This document shows positions 21,297-31,907 of a stretch of DNA of 64,000 bases, one piece after another. Numbering within the stretch: the first letter of the stretch is position 1; the number at the start of each line of letters is the position of its first letter. The stretch comes from Candidatus Nanopelagicaceae bacterium. GTDB taxonomy: Bacteria; Actinomycetota; Actinomycetes; Nanopelagicales; Nanopelagicaceae. The translations under genes and the position numbers were made by a program. The stretch lies in the NCBI GenBank assembly GCA_965658705.1, contig CBFHTP010000001.1:931-64930 (forward strand), given 5' to 3'. The notes under the pieces were generated by a model, which saw only the letters and a program-made list of their open reading frames with translations, did not search any database and was not told the origin of the DNA.

Positions 21297-23462
21297 TTAG
21301 TTGTTTGTGATTCGATAAACATCGTAAACCCCCTCTAAGTTTCGAACTGCGGTAAGAACCGCGTCCAAGTGCGAACTGTCTGCCATCTCAAAAGTGAAAC
21401 GTGAGATCGCTGTTTGATCCTTCGACGTACTTACTGACGCGTTCAAAATGTTCACTTGCTGATCAGAGAGCGTACGGGTCAGATCAGAGAGCAGACGAGT
21501 TCGATCCAGCGCTTCAACCTGAATATTCACCATGAAGAGCGTGGCATTACTCGAATTCCATCGCACTTTCACGAACCGATCGCCTTGATTTTCCCGCAAA
21601 TCCGCGAGGTTAATGCAGTCATCTCTATGTACCGAGACTCCACTCCCCTTCGTCACGAAACCCTCAATCTGATCTCCCGGCACCGGTGCGCAGCACCTTG
21701 CCAATTTAACAACTAAGTCGTCTACACCTTCAACCTCGATACCTGACGTATTGCGGCTCTTGGCTGGTGACCGATTGAGGAAGAGTTCATCATGAGCTTC
21801 CTGGGCAAATTCATCTGTTGCGCTGAGTTTTGTGGTTATTTTTTCAACGATAGATGCGGCAGAGAGATGACCATCTCCAACTGCGGCGTAGAGCGATTCG
21901 ATATCTGCGTAATGGAGGTCGTGGGCTAATTCCAGAATGCTCTGCCCGGATAAGATTTTTTGCAGTGGTAGTCCAGCTTTTCGCATCTGCCGAGCTATAG
22001 ATTCTCGGCCTGCTTCGATTGCTTCTTCGCGACGCTCTTTAGAGAACCACGCCTTGATCTTTGACCGTGCCCTTGGGGATTGTACGAAATTCACCCAATC
22101 CCGACTCGGAGCAGCGTTCGGATTCTTGTTCGTGACCACCTCAATAACGTCGCCATTTACCAATTTCGATTCTAATGGAACCAATTTGCCATTAACCTTA
22201 GCCCCCACACATTTGTAACCAACCTCTGTGTGCACGGCGAAGGCAAAATCAACCGGAGTCGAACCCGCTGGCAAGGCAATAACGCTCCCCTTGGGAGTGA
22301 AAACAAAAACTTCGGGAGTTTGTAGGTCGTATCGGAGCGTGTCGAGGAACTCTCCAACATCGTCGCTCTCTTGTTGCCATTGATGTAGTTGCTTAAGGAA
22401 CATCACCTCAGGACCGGCTTGCGGGTCCGTTGAAATAGTTTTGTACTTCCAATGTGCGGCCACTCCATATTCGGCACGAGAGTGCATATCCGACGTACGG
22501 ATCTGGATCTCTACTGCTTTCCCGTTAGGACCGATAACAGTTGTATGCAACGACTGATAAAGGTTGAACTTTGGCATTGCGATGTAATCCTTGAAGCGAC
22601 CAGGAACTGGGTTCCATCTCGCGTGAATCGCCCCCAGAACCGCATAACAATCGCGCACATCGTTCACCAAAACGCGAATTCCTACCAAGTCATAAATCTC
22701 ATTGAATTCACGTCCGCGAATAACCATTTTTTGATAAACACTGTAGAAATGCTTTTGACGACCAGTTACTTGGGCCGTGATTCCATCACGTGTCAGGTCA
22801 TCACCCAGAGCACCGATTACTTCATTCGTCAGCGCGCTTCTGGAGGGTGAGCGTTCGGCAACTAACCGTTCTATCTCTTCAAATATCTTAGGTTCTAAAA
22901 CCTTAAATGAGAGATCTTCGAGCTCCCATTTAATTGCATTCATGCCAAGTCGATGCGCCAGCGGTGCATAAATGTCTAGCGTCTCGCGTGCCTTACGTTG
23001 AGCACTTTCGATAGCGACAAATTCCCACGTTCTGGCGTTGTGAAGTCGATCACATAGTTTTATGACCAGAACTCGAATGTCGCGAGACATTGCAATGACC
23101 ATTTTGCGAAGGGTTTCGGCTTCAGCCGTTGGTCCATAAGAAAGTTTGTCCAACTTCGTGACGCCATCAACCAGCGTTGAGACTTCACTCCCAAAATCAT
23201 TTTTGAGCTGGTCAATGGAGTATTGGGTATCTTCAATTGTGTCATGGAGAAGTGCGGCAATAATTGTCGGTTCGTCCATGCCCAAGTCGGCGAGAATCTC
23301 TGCCACTGCGATAGGGTGAGTGATGTACGGTTCGCCAGATTTTCGAAGTTGTCCGAGGTGTTTTTCATGCGCAACGACGAATGCAGCCTCTAACGCGGCG
23401 GAATTAAAGTCCTGATGATGATTCCTCACTTTTTGAGCAAGAGGGATGATGAGTTCATTCAT
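21297..23462 (-). CDS. relA: Bifunctional (p)ppGpp synthetase/hydrolase Rel
   Basis: 721 aa; HD hydrolase motif (HDTIEDT), RelA/SpoT synthetase core (YQSLHTTV...EIQIRT), TGS and C-terminal ACT regions. Confidence 0.95.
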   Translation of the reverse strand: MNELIIPLAQKVRNHHQDFNSAALEAAFVVAHEKHLGQLRKSGEPYITHPIAVAEILADLGMDEPTIIAALLHDTIEDTQYSIDQLKNDFGSEVSTLVDGVTKLDKLSYGPTAEAETLRKMVIAMSRDIRVLVIKLCDRLHNARTWEFVAIESAQRKARETLDIYAPLAHRLGMNAIKWELEDLSFKVLEPKIFEEIERLVAERSPSRSALTNEVIGALGDDLTRDGITAQVTGRQKHFYSVYQKMVIRGREFNEIYDLVGIRVLVNDVRDCYAVLGAIHARWNPVPGRFKDYIAMPKFNLYQSLHTTVIGPNGKAVEIQIRTSDMHSRAEYGVAAHWKYKTISTDPQAGPEVMFLKQLHQWQQESDDVGEFLDTLRYDLQTPEVFVFTPKGSVIALPAGSTPVDFAFAVHTEVGYKCVGAKVNGKLVPLESKLVNGDVIEVVTNKNPNAAPSRDWVNFVQSPRARSKIKAWFSKERREEAIEAGRESIARQMRKAGLPLQKILSGQSILELAHDLHYADIESLYAAVGDGHLSAASIVEKITTKLSATDEFAQEAHDELFLNRSPAKSRNTSGIEVEGVDDLVVKLARCCAPVPGDQIEGFVTKGSGVSVHRDDCINLADLRENQGDRFVKVRWNSSNATLFMVNIQVEALDRTRLLSDLTRTLSDQQVNILNASVSTSKDQTAISRFTFEMADSSHLDAVLTAVRNLEGVYDVYRITNN

Positions 23463-23486
23463 AGAAAACCATCCCTCTCATAATAA

Positions 23487-24569
23487 TCAGCGGCGGCGCG
23501 GTTTTCTCTTTGGTTGATTACGCGGTCCGCGCTCATGATCCTCTTTGGAATGAGTCGAGGTCACAATGCCAGCAGTATTACGGTCATCGCTACCTGCCAA
23601 AACCCCACCAGATACCCGAACGTCGACTCGCTTACTCAAGGCAACCATCGCTGGTTCACGCTCATGTAACTGAGCCAATATAGGTGTTGCGACAAAAATC
23701 GACGAATACGTTCCGGTTGCGAGCCCAATAAAGAGAGCGAGCGATAGATCCTTGAGCGTTCCTGCACCTAGCAGGCCAGCGCCAACGAAGAGAATCGATG
23801 CAACCGGTAAGAGCGCAATCACTGAAGTATTAAATGATCTAACGAGAGTTTGATTGATAGCCAGATTCGCTGCCTGTGAGTAGGTTTGCTTGGCAGTACT
23901 GGTGATTCCTTTTGTATTCTCACGAACCTTATCGAACACAACAACAGTGTCGTATAACGAGTACCCCAAAATCGTGAGAAAACCAATGACGGTTGCAGGG
24001 GTAACCTCAAACCCGACAAGTGCATAAATTCCTACGGTAATGAAGACATCATGGATAACAGCGATGATTGCAGAGATAGCCATCTTCGCTTCAAAGGCCA
24101 TTGCGAGATAGATCATCACAACGATTAAAAATCCAATGAGTCCAAAAATCGCTTTGTGAGTGATCTCTTTGCCCCATGATGGGCCTACAGTCTGAACATC
24201 AATTGAAGTCGCATCCACTTTAAATGCACTTGCTAAAGAGCTTCTTGCGGTTGTCAATGTGGATTGAGGAAGATCACCTGTCTGCAGACGCAACTTGTCG
24301 ACACCGATTTTTTGGACAACGGTTTCTGTCGTGATTCCAGCCGATTTCAACGCCTCGTGTCCGGCATTGATATCAACAGTCGAGCTCTTGACAGTGAAAA
24401 CAGAGCCACCCTTAAATTCAATTCCAAGCTTTAGCCCTTGAATTCCAAGCGCTGCGGCAGAGACAATGATGAGGAGCAATGAGAAAGCGTAGAAACGACG
24501 GCGATTCGCAATAAATGCAAAAGATTGCTCACCGCGGTAAAGACGTCCTCCGATACCTGAAAGTGCCAT
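23487..24569 (-). CDS. secF: Protein translocase subunit SecF
   Basis: 360 aa, polytopic, with SecD/SecF family C-terminal TM bundle motifs and a basic C-terminal tail. Confidence 0.92.
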   Translation of the reverse strand: MALSGIGGRLYRGEQSFAFIANRRRFYAFSLLLIIVSAAALGIQGLKLGIEFKGGSVFTVKSSTVDINAGHEALKSAGITTETVVQKIGVDKLRLQTGDLPQSTLTTARSSLASAFKVDATSIDVQTVGPSWGKEITHKAIFGLIGFLIVVMIYLAMAFEAKMAISAIIAVIHDVFITVGIYALVGFEVTPATVIGFLTILGYSLYDTVVVFDKVRENTKGITSTAKQTYSQAANLAINQTLVRSFNTSVIALLPVASILFVGAGLLGAGTLKDLSLALFIGLATGTYSSIFVATPILAQLHEREPAMVALSKRVDVRVSGGVLAGSDDRNTAGIVTSTHSKEDHERGPRNQPKRKPRRR

Positions 24570-26089
24570 TAGATCAGATCCTTTCCAGATTCGGTGAGTA
24601 CGCCCAAGCTCTTTGCCGACAATCCCGATGCTGCGCTGCCAGAGGCATAGAAATTTATCTTGGAGAGTATCGAAACGAGCGGCTTGGTGAAGAAGAAGAC
24701 AACTACTAAGTCAACAACTGTTGTCAGGCCAAGGGTGAATGCGAAGCCGCGCACTCCCCCAACAGCGAAGAAGTAAAGCAGCGCGGCTGCAATAAGTGAG
24801 ACTGAGTCTGCTACGAGAATCGTGCGCCTAGCTCGCAGCCAACCAGTTTCGACTGCGGTACGAAGTGATCGGCCTTCACGCACTTCATCACGTAGGCGCT
24901 CGAAATAAACGATAAACGAGTCGGCAGTGATACCGATTGAAACGATCGCACCAGCGATACCAGCGAGGGTGAGCGTGAAACCGATCCACTTGCCAAGAAG
25001 AAGGAAGGACAAATAGGTAATCGCACCAGCCACGACTAACGACCCGACCGAGACAAGACCGAGACCCTTGTAATAAAGTACGGAGTAGAGCACGACCAGA
25101 ATCAGTCCGAGCAATCCGGCGAGTAGACCTGCATGAAGTTGGTCAGCACCAAGGGTAGGCGAAATTTGGTTAACCTCTTGAACTACAAGTGCTAACGGTA
25201 ATGCGCCATATTTCAACTTGTTCGCAAGATCAGTTGAATCTGTCTGAGTAAAGTTTCCTGTTATCTGAGCGCTCCCAGAATTTATTGCTTCGTTGATACG
25301 CGGGGCTGACACAACGAGACCATCGAGCACGATCGCTGCTTGATTCTGCGGCGAAGGCAGTGAGGTAACGCGAGTCGTCATCTTGCCGAATGCACTGGCG
25401 CCAGCGCCATTAAATGTAAGCAAAACCTGCCAGCCGTTTCCGGCTTGGGTGTCGAGCACCGCGCTCGCCTTAGATACCTGGTTTCCTTCCACTTCAGCTG
25501 GCGCAAGGATAAATTTTGAAGCGCCATCACGAGAGCACGAGATCAGAACCGAACCCGAAGAATCTGTTGACCCCCCTTGGCGATTAAGCGGATTAGTGCA
25601 ATCCAATGATTTAAAGTCCGCGTCCATTTGGGCATTAACCCCAGCTGGATAAGTTGCAGTTTTGCCACTTGCAGTAGCGCTCGTTGTCGCGTTCCCGGCG
25701 CCTACAGCGAGAACCGGGCGGAACCTTAATTGCGCAGTCGAACCAACAAGATCAACTACTCGACTACTTGAATCCCCAGGTACAGAGACCACGATATTTC
25801 CGTTGCTCTGAGATGAAACTTCTGATTCTGCAACGCCGAGCGCATTTACGCGCTGGCGAATGATTGCAACCGCCTGTTCAACTGCCGCCTTATCAATCTT
25901 TGCGCCGGCAGCCACCTTAGGTGCCAGTGTGACGCTCGTGCCCCCCCGAAGATCTAGACCGAGTTTAAGCTTGGTGTCGCCTTGAAAAAAGGCAACTCCT
26001 GAAAACGCGATGATGAGTAGGAGCAAAACCGAGATCGTGCGCCCTGATTTGCTCTTCTTCTTAGTTGCTTGAGAGATATTTGCAGACAT
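24569..26089 (-). CDS. secD: Protein translocase subunit SecD
   Basis: 506 aa; N-terminal TM segment, LGLDLRGGTSV motif, periplasmic domain and a C-terminal 5-TM bundle. Confidence 0.92.
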   Translation of the reverse strand: MSANISQATKKKSKSGRTISVLLLLIIAFSGVAFFQGDTKLKLGLDLRGGTSVTLAPKVAAGAKIDKAAVEQAVAIIRQRVNALGVAESEVSSQSNGNIVVSVPGDSSSRVVDLVGSTAQLRFRPVLAVGAGNATTSATASGKTATYPAGVNAQMDADFKSLDCTNPLNRQGGSTDSSGSVLISCSRDGASKFILAPAEVEGNQVSKASAVLDTQAGNGWQVLLTFNGAGASAFGKMTTRVTSLPSPQNQAAIVLDGLVVSAPRINEAINSGSAQITGNFTQTDSTDLANKLKYGALPLALVVQEVNQISPTLGADQLHAGLLAGLLGLILVVLYSVLYYKGLGLVSVGSLVVAGAITYLSFLLLGKWIGFTLTLAGIAGAIVSIGITADSFIVYFERLRDEVREGRSLRTAVETGWLRARRTILVADSVSLIAAALLYFFAVGGVRGFAFTLGLTTVVDLVVVFFFTKPLVSILSKINFYASGSAASGLSAKSLGVLTESGKDLI

Positions 26090-26100
26090 AGGAGAGGAGT

Positions 26101-27162
26101 CTAGGCATCAAACGCTGGACTGTCGAAAAGGCTCGGCACTCCAGTTTCACCGCTTGAAAGAGCCAAGTCGGGCGGTGGCGTTACTCCTGCATGATGCCAG
26201 CCCGACCTCGTTGCAATCCTGCCTCTGGGGGTTCTGGCAATGAGTCCCAATCGGACTAAGTAAGGCTCTGCCACATTTTCTACAGTCTCACTCTCCTCAC
26301 CTAGCGCCATTGCCAACGTAGAGATTCCAACTGGCCCGCCATTGAATCTCTTGACCAAAAGTTCAAGAAATGAATTATCGAGTCGGTCAAGCCCTAGTTG
26401 ATCAACTTCATACATTTCTAACGCGGCAGCAGCATCTGCACTTGTGACGCTACCACTCCCGTGCACTTGTGAATAATCTCGAACCCGCCTGAGCAAGCGA
26501 TTCGCTATTCGTGGTGTCCCGCGCGATCTGGAACCGATCTCATCCACTGCATCTGGAGTAATTGCTATTCCTAACAACGACGCACTTCGATGGACAATAT
26601 GAGAGAGATCCGAATTCTCGTAGAAATCCAATTGAGCAGTGAAACCAAATCTATCTCGTAGTGGCGCGGGCAAGAGGCCAGACCTTGTAGTGGCACCGAC
26701 GAGAGTAAAATGCGGGAGTTGCAACGGGATAGCAGTTGCGCCCGCGCCTTTTCCAACGATGATATCTACTCTGAAATCTTCCATCGCCAAGTACAGCAAC
26801 TCTTCTGCCGGCCTGGACATTCTATGAATCTCATCGAGAAAAAGAATCTCGCCTTCACTCAAACTCGACAAGATCGCTGCTAGATCCCCTGCATGCTGAA
26901 TGGCTGGACCACTTGTGATTCTGATTGGCGCCGCCATCTCTTGCGCAATGATCATCGCAAGCGTCGTCTTGCCAAGGCCCGGTGGACCGGAGAGCAAAAT
27001 ATGATCAGCACTACGCTGACGCACTCTCGCCGCGGAGAGCAGTAAATCAATTTGATTTGCTACCCGTTGTTGCCCAACAAATTCCTTGAGCGATTGAGGA
27101 CGAAGCGCTAATTCTGCTGATCGTTCTAACTCAGTGGCGCCGGTATCAGTCAAATCGCTCAT
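26101..27162 (-). CDS. ruvB: Holliday junction branch migration ATPase RuvB
   Basis: 353 aa; Walker [10 protein letters not shown], Walker B LFLDEIH and sensor motifs. Confidence 0.96.
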   Translation of the reverse strand: MSDLTDTGATELERSAELALRPQSLKEFVGQQRVANQIDLLLSAARVRQRSADHILLSGPPGLGKTTLAMIIAQEMAAPIRITSGPAIQHAGDLAAILSSLSEGEILFLDEIHRMSRPAEELLYLAMEDFRVDIIVGKGAGATAIPLQLPHFTLVGATTRSGLLPAPLRDRFGFTAQLDFYENSDLSHIVHRSASLLGIAITPDAVDEIGSRSRGTPRIANRLLRRVRDYSQVHGSGSVTSADAAAALEMYEVDQLGLDRLDNSFLELLVKRFNGGPVGISTLAMALGEESETVENVAEPYLVRLGLIARTPRGRIATRSGWHHAGVTPPPDLALSSGETGVPSLFDSPAFDA

Positions 27163-27755
27163 TACTTTCGCGCCTTTAGCTGAAGGGCAAATTTGAGCAT
27201 TGCTGGAATCTCTGACGCATCAGTTCTGCCATTAAATTCTGCAGCAACTTGATTAAGGATTTCTTGGCTATCGCGCGGGTTAAAACCAAGACCTAGGAGA
27301 GCTTGCTCTAACTGCCTCCGCCACGAGGGAACCCCAGCATTATTTACGGCTTCCTGGTCCGCTACTTTCTCTTTGAGCTCAAGAATCAAACGAGCTGCGC
27401 CTTTTTTTCCAAGTCCCGGTATCGCCTCCAGTGATTTGGCATCTTCGTTTTGAATGGCGGCGATCATTACCTTGTAATCGAGCACATTCAGAGCGGACTG
27501 CGCCACTCTTGGACCAATACCGGTAACAGTTTGCAGCATTTCAAAGAAATTTCGAGAATCACTATCTTCAAATCCGTAGAGCGTCAGTGCATCTTCGCGA
27601 ACAAGAAGTGAAGTCGCAAACGAGACAGATGTACCCACAATCAATGAGGTTGCTAATCGGGTGGGCAGGTTGACCAGAATGCCGACGCCACCAACCTCAA
27701 CAACTGCACTCGAGCTATTGAGCGCCTTTATCTGACCGCTGATTGAGGCAATCAT
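27162..27755 (-). CDS. ruvA: Holliday junction DNA helicase RuvA
   Basis: The track ORF runs to 27857. The canonical start MIASISGQ is at ATG 27755, forming an ATGA overlap with the ruvC stop. HhH motifs GIGPRVA and IPGLGKKGA are present. Confidence 0.92.
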   Translation of the reverse strand: MIASISGQIKALNSSSAVVEVGGVGILVNLPTRLATSLIVGTSVSFATSLLVREDALTLYGFEDSDSRNFFEMLQTVTGIGPRVAQSALNVLDYKVMIAAIQNEDAKSLEAIPGLGKKGAARLILELKEKVADQEAVNNAGVPSWRRQLEQALLGLGFNPRDSQEILNQVAAEFNGRTDASEIPAMLKFALQLKARK

Positions 27756-28315
27756 GCTTTCACTCTTAGCGAGGTCTTCGATGTGCGCAGCGGCGATTCG
27801 TGAAGTGCTAAGGCAGCAGCGATCCGCGCATCCCCTGCCCCCCGCCAATGATGGCAAATCGCAAGTGCTAGCGCGTCAGTGCTATCTACTGGCTTCGGAA
27901 TTTCATCGAGTTTCAATATTTTTTGAACCATCAGAGCGACCTGCTTTTTATCCGCACGACCAGAGCCGGTAACCGCAGCTTTGACCTCTGTTGGTGTGTG
28001 CATGACGACTGGGATTCCTCGTCTTGCTGCGACAAGCAGCGCCACACCTGCCGCTTGCGCTGTCGCCATTGCAGTTTTGACATTAAGTTGAGAGAAAACC
28101 CGCTCAACAGCGATCACGTCGGGGCTGAATTCATCAATCCAAGTAATCAGGGAATTCTCTAATTCAAGCAATCGCATTTCGAGAGCCAGTTCACTGGAAG
28201 TGTGAATTACGCCAACGCCAAGCATTGTGAGATGCTGATGGGATTGTTTTTTTTGGTTCTCAACGATGCCCAGCCCGCACCTGGTTAACCCTGGATCTAC
28301 GCCGAGAACTCTCAT
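27752..28315 (-). CDS. ruvC: Crossover junction endodeoxyribonuclease RuvC
   Basis: 187 aa; [15 protein letters not shown]-terminus and a [10 protein letters not shown]-terminal catalytic motif. Confidence 0.94.
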   Translation of the reverse strand: MRVLGVDPGLTRCGLGIVENQKKQSHQHLTMLGVGVIHTSSELALEMRLLELENSLITWIDEFSPDVIAVERVFSQLNVKTAMATAQAAGVALLVAARRGIPVVMHTPTEVKAAVTGSGRADKKQVALMVQKILKLDEIPKPVDSTDALALAICHHWRGAGDARIAAALALHESPLRTSKTSLRVKA

Positions 28316-28346
28316 TAGCCGAGCCTATCCCTGCCTAGGTTATCGA

Positions 28347-29102
28347 CTACCCGAGGCTCGCCATAACTTCATCTGAGACATCAAAATTGCCGTAAACATT
28401 CTGAACGTCATCTAGCTCTTCGATAGCGTCGATGAGATCAAAAACCTTGGTCGCAGTTTCACCATCAAGGGAGATCTGCATCGAAGGAAGGAATAAGGTC
28501 TCCGCAGATTCGTAATCGATACCTGCTGCCTGAAGCGCTGTGCGGACGGCGACGAGATCACTGGCCTCACACACCACCTGCCAGTTCTCTCCAAAATCAT
28601 TGACATCCTCTAGACCAGCATCTAGCGCGGCTTCCATGATCTGATCTTCAGAGATAGAGCCTGACATTTTGGAGACGAGAACCACTCCCTTGCGGTTGAA
28701 GAGATAGGAAACTGAACCAGGGTCGGCCATGTTTCCACCATTTCTGGTTACTGCAACCCTTACCTCACTCGCGGCTCGATTGCGATTATCAGATAGACAT
28801 TCGATCATAAGAGCGACTCCGCCGGGTCCATATCCTTCGTACATGATTGTGAGGTATTCCGCGCCACCTGTTTCAAGACCCGCTCCGCGTTTAATTGCAC
28901 GGTCGATATTGTCGGCTGGGACTGAACTTTTCTTCGCCTTGGTTACAGCGTCGTAGAGGGTTGGATTTCCATCCATATCCGCTCCACCGTTGCGTGCCGC
29001 AACTTCAATTCCTTTAATTAACTTTGCAAAACTCTTTGCCCTGCGGGAGTCGATGACGGCTTTCTTATGCTTGGTGGTTGCCCACTTGGAATGGCCTGAC
29101 AC
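28347..29102 (-). CDS. YebC/PmpR family DNA-binding transcriptional regulator
   Basis: 251 aa; [16 protein letters not shown]-terminus is diagnostic. Confidence 0.93.
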   Translation of the reverse strand: MSGHSKWATTKHKKAVIDSRRAKSFAKLIKGIEVAARNGGADMDGNPTLYDAVTKAKKSSVPADNIDRAIKRGAGLETGGAEYLTIMYEGYGPGGVALMIECLSDNRNRAASEVRVAVTRNGGNMADPGSVSYLFNRKGVVLVSKMSGSISEDQIMEAALDAGLEDVNDFGENWQVVCEASDLVAVRTALQAAGIDYESAETLFLPSMQISLDGETATKVFDLIDAIEELDDVQNVYGNFDVSDEVMASLG

Positions 29103-29184
29103 TTCGCACCTATCCTTTACTCATAGCTGTATTTATTTACCAAAATGAGATACCACATTGATCAATCACTCTGATCGGCAAAGT

Positions 29185-29784
29185 TTAGCGTGTTCTTTTG
29201 GCCACGATCTCATCAACGAAATATTGATGTATGCGTAAGTCCCCAGTCAACTCGGGGTGGAAGCTGGTCGCTAATAGGTTATTTTGGCGTACAGCAACCG
29301 CATGGCTATCACCGCGGTAGCTCACCTGCGCTAGAACCTTGACCTCACCTGAAAGGCTCTCTACCCATGGAGCTCGGATGAAAACCGCGCGAACTGGCTC
29401 GCCAGCAATTCCATGCACTGAGATATCAGCTTCAAATGAATCAACCTGCCGCCCAAACGCGTTTCTTCGTACTGTCATGTCTATGCCGCCGAACGTCTCT
29501 TGGCCGACCGCCTTATCGAGTACGCGATCAGCCAATAAAATCATTCCTGCACAGGAACCATAAACCGGTAGGCCGTCATCTATATGGGATACGATTGAAT
29601 CGAATAGGGCAAAACTTCTGGCAAGTTTCGCGATAGTTGTTGATTCACCACCCGGCAAAACCAAGCCATCTATCCCTGCCAGCTCGTCTACCTTATTAAG
29701 GGCGAAAGCTTCGGCTCCACAATCTTGCAACGCTTGAATGTGTTCCCGAAAGTCCCCTTGAAGTGAGAGAACTCCGATCCGCAT
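29185..29784 (-). CDS. pdxT: Pyridoxal 5'-phosphate synthase glutaminase subunit PdxT
   Basis: 199 aa; MRIGVLSLQGDFREH, GGESTT, and a catalytic Cys context GSCAGMILL. Confidence 0.94.
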   Translation of the reverse strand: MRIGVLSLQGDFREHIQALQDCGAEAFALNKVDELAGIDGLVLPGGESTTIAKLARSFALFDSIVSHIDDGLPVYGSCAGMILLADRVLDKAVGQETFGGIDMTVRRNAFGRQVDSFEADISVHGIAGEPVRAVFIRAPWVESLSGEVKVLAQVSYRGDSHAVAVRQNNLLATSFHPELTGDLRIHQYFVDEIVAKRTR

Positions 29785-29794
29785 TTTTTGCAGG

Positions 29795-30694
29795 TTACCA
29801 GCCGCGCTCGGCTAAGCGATGAGGAACTGGAATGTCGGCAACATTGATTCCAACCATCGCCTCACCCAATCCACGAGAAGCATCTGCGACGATCTTTGGA
29901 TCGTTGAAATAAGTTGTTGCCTTTACGCAAGCGGCTGCGCGCTTCGCTGGATCTCCTGATTTAAAGATGCCAGAACCTACAAATACGCCATCTGCGCCGA
30001 GCTGCATCATCATTGCAGCATCAGCTGGGGTTGCGATCCCACCTGCAGTGAAGAGGACCACCGGAAGCTTTCCGGTCTGTGCAACCTCTTTAACAAGATC
30101 ATAAGGTGCGGCCATCTCTTTAGCAGCCACATACAATTCGTCCTCAGCCATCGATGAGAGACGGCGAATCTCCTTGTTGAGAGTGCGGATATGCATGGTT
30201 GCATTTGAAACATCGCCCGTACCGGCTTCACCCTTGGACCTGATCATTGCGGCGCCCTCGTTTATGCGACGCAGGGCTTCACCGAGATTTGTGGCTCCGC
30301 ATACGAAAGGGATGGTGAACTTCCACTTGTCAATGTGATTTTCATAATCTGCCGGCGTGAGCACTTCTGACTCATCGATGTAATCAACTCCAAGACTCTG
30401 CAAAATCTGTGCTTCGGTGAAATGCCCGATACGTGCTTTTGCCATCACCGGGATTGAAACTGCTGCTTGGATTTTTTCAATCATATCTGGATCGGACATG
30501 CGAGAGACTCCACCTTGTGCGCGAATATCGGCCGGCACCCTTTCAAGAGCCATAACTGCGACTGCGCCAGAATCTTCAGCGATCTTCGCTTGTTCGACAT
30601 TCACAACGTCCATAATCACGCCACCTTTGAGCATCTCTGCCATACCACGCTTGACGCGGGCCGATCCAGTTACCTTGGCGCTCTCATTACTCAC
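29795..30694 (-). CDS. pdxS: Pyridoxal 5'-phosphate synthase lyase subunit PdxS
   Basis: 299 aa with a GTG start preceded by AAGGGAG and a 7-nt spacer. [20 protein letters not shown] and GEAGTG motifs. Confidence 0.95.
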   Translation of the reverse strand: MSNESAKVTGSARVKRGMAEMLKGGVIMDVVNVEQAKIAEDSGAVAVMALERVPADIRAQGGVSRMSDPDMIEKIQAAVSIPVMAKARIGHFTEAQILQSLGVDYIDESEVLTPADYENHIDKWKFTIPFVCGATNLGEALRRINEGAAMIRSKGEAGTGDVSNATMHIRTLNKEIRRLSSMAEDELYVAAKEMAAPYDLVKEVAQTGKLPVVLFTAGGIATPADAAMMMQLGADGVFVGSGIFKSGDPAKRAAACVKATTYFNDPKIVADASRGLGEAMVGINVADIPVPHRLAERGW

Positions 30695-30720
30695 GGTGAA
30701 ACTCCCTTGTTGTTCAATTC

Positions 30721-30830
30721 TTAATCAGTCCTATTCAGTCCTATTCAGTCCTATTCAGTCCTATTCAGTCCTCTTCAGTCCTATTCAGTCCTCTTCAGTC
30801 CTCTTCAGTCCTATTCAGTCCTACTGAGAA
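30721..30830. repeat. Tandem 10-bp repeat array, about 10 good units plus degenerate ends: CTATTCAGTC / CTCTTCAGTC (minus sense GACTGAATAG / GACTGAAGAG)
   Basis: Read directly from the sequence. Units fall exactly on 10-nt blocks from 30731 to 30820 in the order A A A A B A B B A (A=CTATTCAGTC, B=CTCTTCAGTC), with degenerate units on each side. The array fills the gap between the DUF3048 gene stop (30839) and the pdxS RBS. Confidence 0.97.
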
Positions 30831-30838
30831 GGAGAAGA

Positions 30839-31903
30839 CTACTTCTTCGACCCCTTGCTTGCAGAATGAGGTGATTGGCTGGTCACCTTTGATTGAGGGG
30901 CTGGATGTGTGAAGGTTGGGTTCTGGTCCGTCAGGGCGATCCACAGCTGACCAGGCGCAAAATTGGCTCGCTGACCATCTTTCGTGGTCCAAGTAGTCCC
31001 CATCTCTTTGCTCGCCCGATTCCAGAAGATCGGAAACATCTGCCCATCTCGCAGCAGATAGGCGCTACCTGAACCAACCGTATTGCTAAATGGCGTCACT
31101 CCCCCGACCTTGTCATGATAGATCGAGGGAGTAATTGAAACTTTCTGTATAACGAGCGTAGGTGAGCCGAGCTGAAAACCAGACGAATCCATATCTGGCT
31201 TACCTTGATACGTAAGGAGCCAACGTTTCTCGGCAGCAGACCAGGAAGCACCATATTTGGAGGCGGGCCATGAGAAAGCGACCGAGGCGATTGGGGTTCC
31301 ACCAATCGGTGCCTTGCCGAATGTCCAACCAACACTTTTGGCCGTCACAATTGTTTTCTTCTCAGTGTCGATCGTCTTGGTGAGTAGCAACTTTGGATGC
31401 AAGATCATCGCAGTAGGCTCTGAACGCGCTAAATCGCGAGAGTAGATCGATGGCGGGTTGATCTCAGCACTCAGATTCTCCAGATCTGCTTTGGAAATTT
31501 CGGGTAAGAACTTTCTTTGTGCCCCGCTAAAAGCAAAGGCGACGTGTCCATACTGCGCTAACAAATCAAGATCGCTAATGCGAGCCGAACGCACTGGACC
31601 TATCAGTTCCGGCAAAGTTTTTGGATTTGAATAAACCGCTGCAATTCTGGTGAGGCCGCCTTCGACCTGTTCGATGTAGACCACGTCAGCGCTCGCGATA
31701 TTCAATTGAGGATGAGCTTGCGCAGTATCGTCGATTTTTACAACAAGAACCGGGCCATTTCCGCCAGGTAGATTTGTCAGCGCGTTTAATACAACTTTTG
31801 CGGGTTTCGAGTTGCCACTCTTCGAAGGCGATGAGATTCCACAAGCTGATAGAAATATCAAAGAAAGAACGGCAAGGCAATAGCTGATTGGAGAGACTCT
31901 CAT
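30839..31903 (-). CDS. DUF3048 (YerB-like) family lipoprotein
   Basis: The preferred start MRVSPISYCLAVLSLIFLSAC (ATG 31903) gives a lipobox LSAC. The track start 31921 would overlap the upstream gene. VVKIDDTAQAHPQ...ADVVYIEQVEGGLTRIAAVY resembles the DUF3048 core. Confidence 0.7.
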   Translation of the reverse strand: MRVSPISYCLAVLSLIFLSACGISSPSKSGNSKPAKVVLNALTNLPGGNGPVLVVKIDDTAQAHPQLNIASADVVYIEQVEGGLTRIAAVYSNPKTLPELIGPVRSARISDLDLLAQYGHVAFAFSGAQRKFLPEISKADLENLSAEINPPSIYSRDLARSEPTAMILHPKLLLTKTIDTEKKTIVTAKSVGWTFGKAPIGGTPIASVAFSWPASKYGASWSAAEKRWLLTYQGKPDMDSSGFQLGSPTLVIQKVSITPSIYHDKVGGVTPFSNTVGSGSAYLLRDGQMFPIFWNRASKEMGTTWTTKDGQRANFAPGQLWIALTDQNPTFTHPAPQSKVTSQSPHSASKGSKK

Positions 31904-31907
31904 GGTC

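Noticed and set aside
30721-30830. Possible CRISPR array
   Set aside because: The units are only 10 bp and directly abutting with no spacers, and no cas genes are present. It is a microsatellite-like tandem repeat, not a CRISPR.
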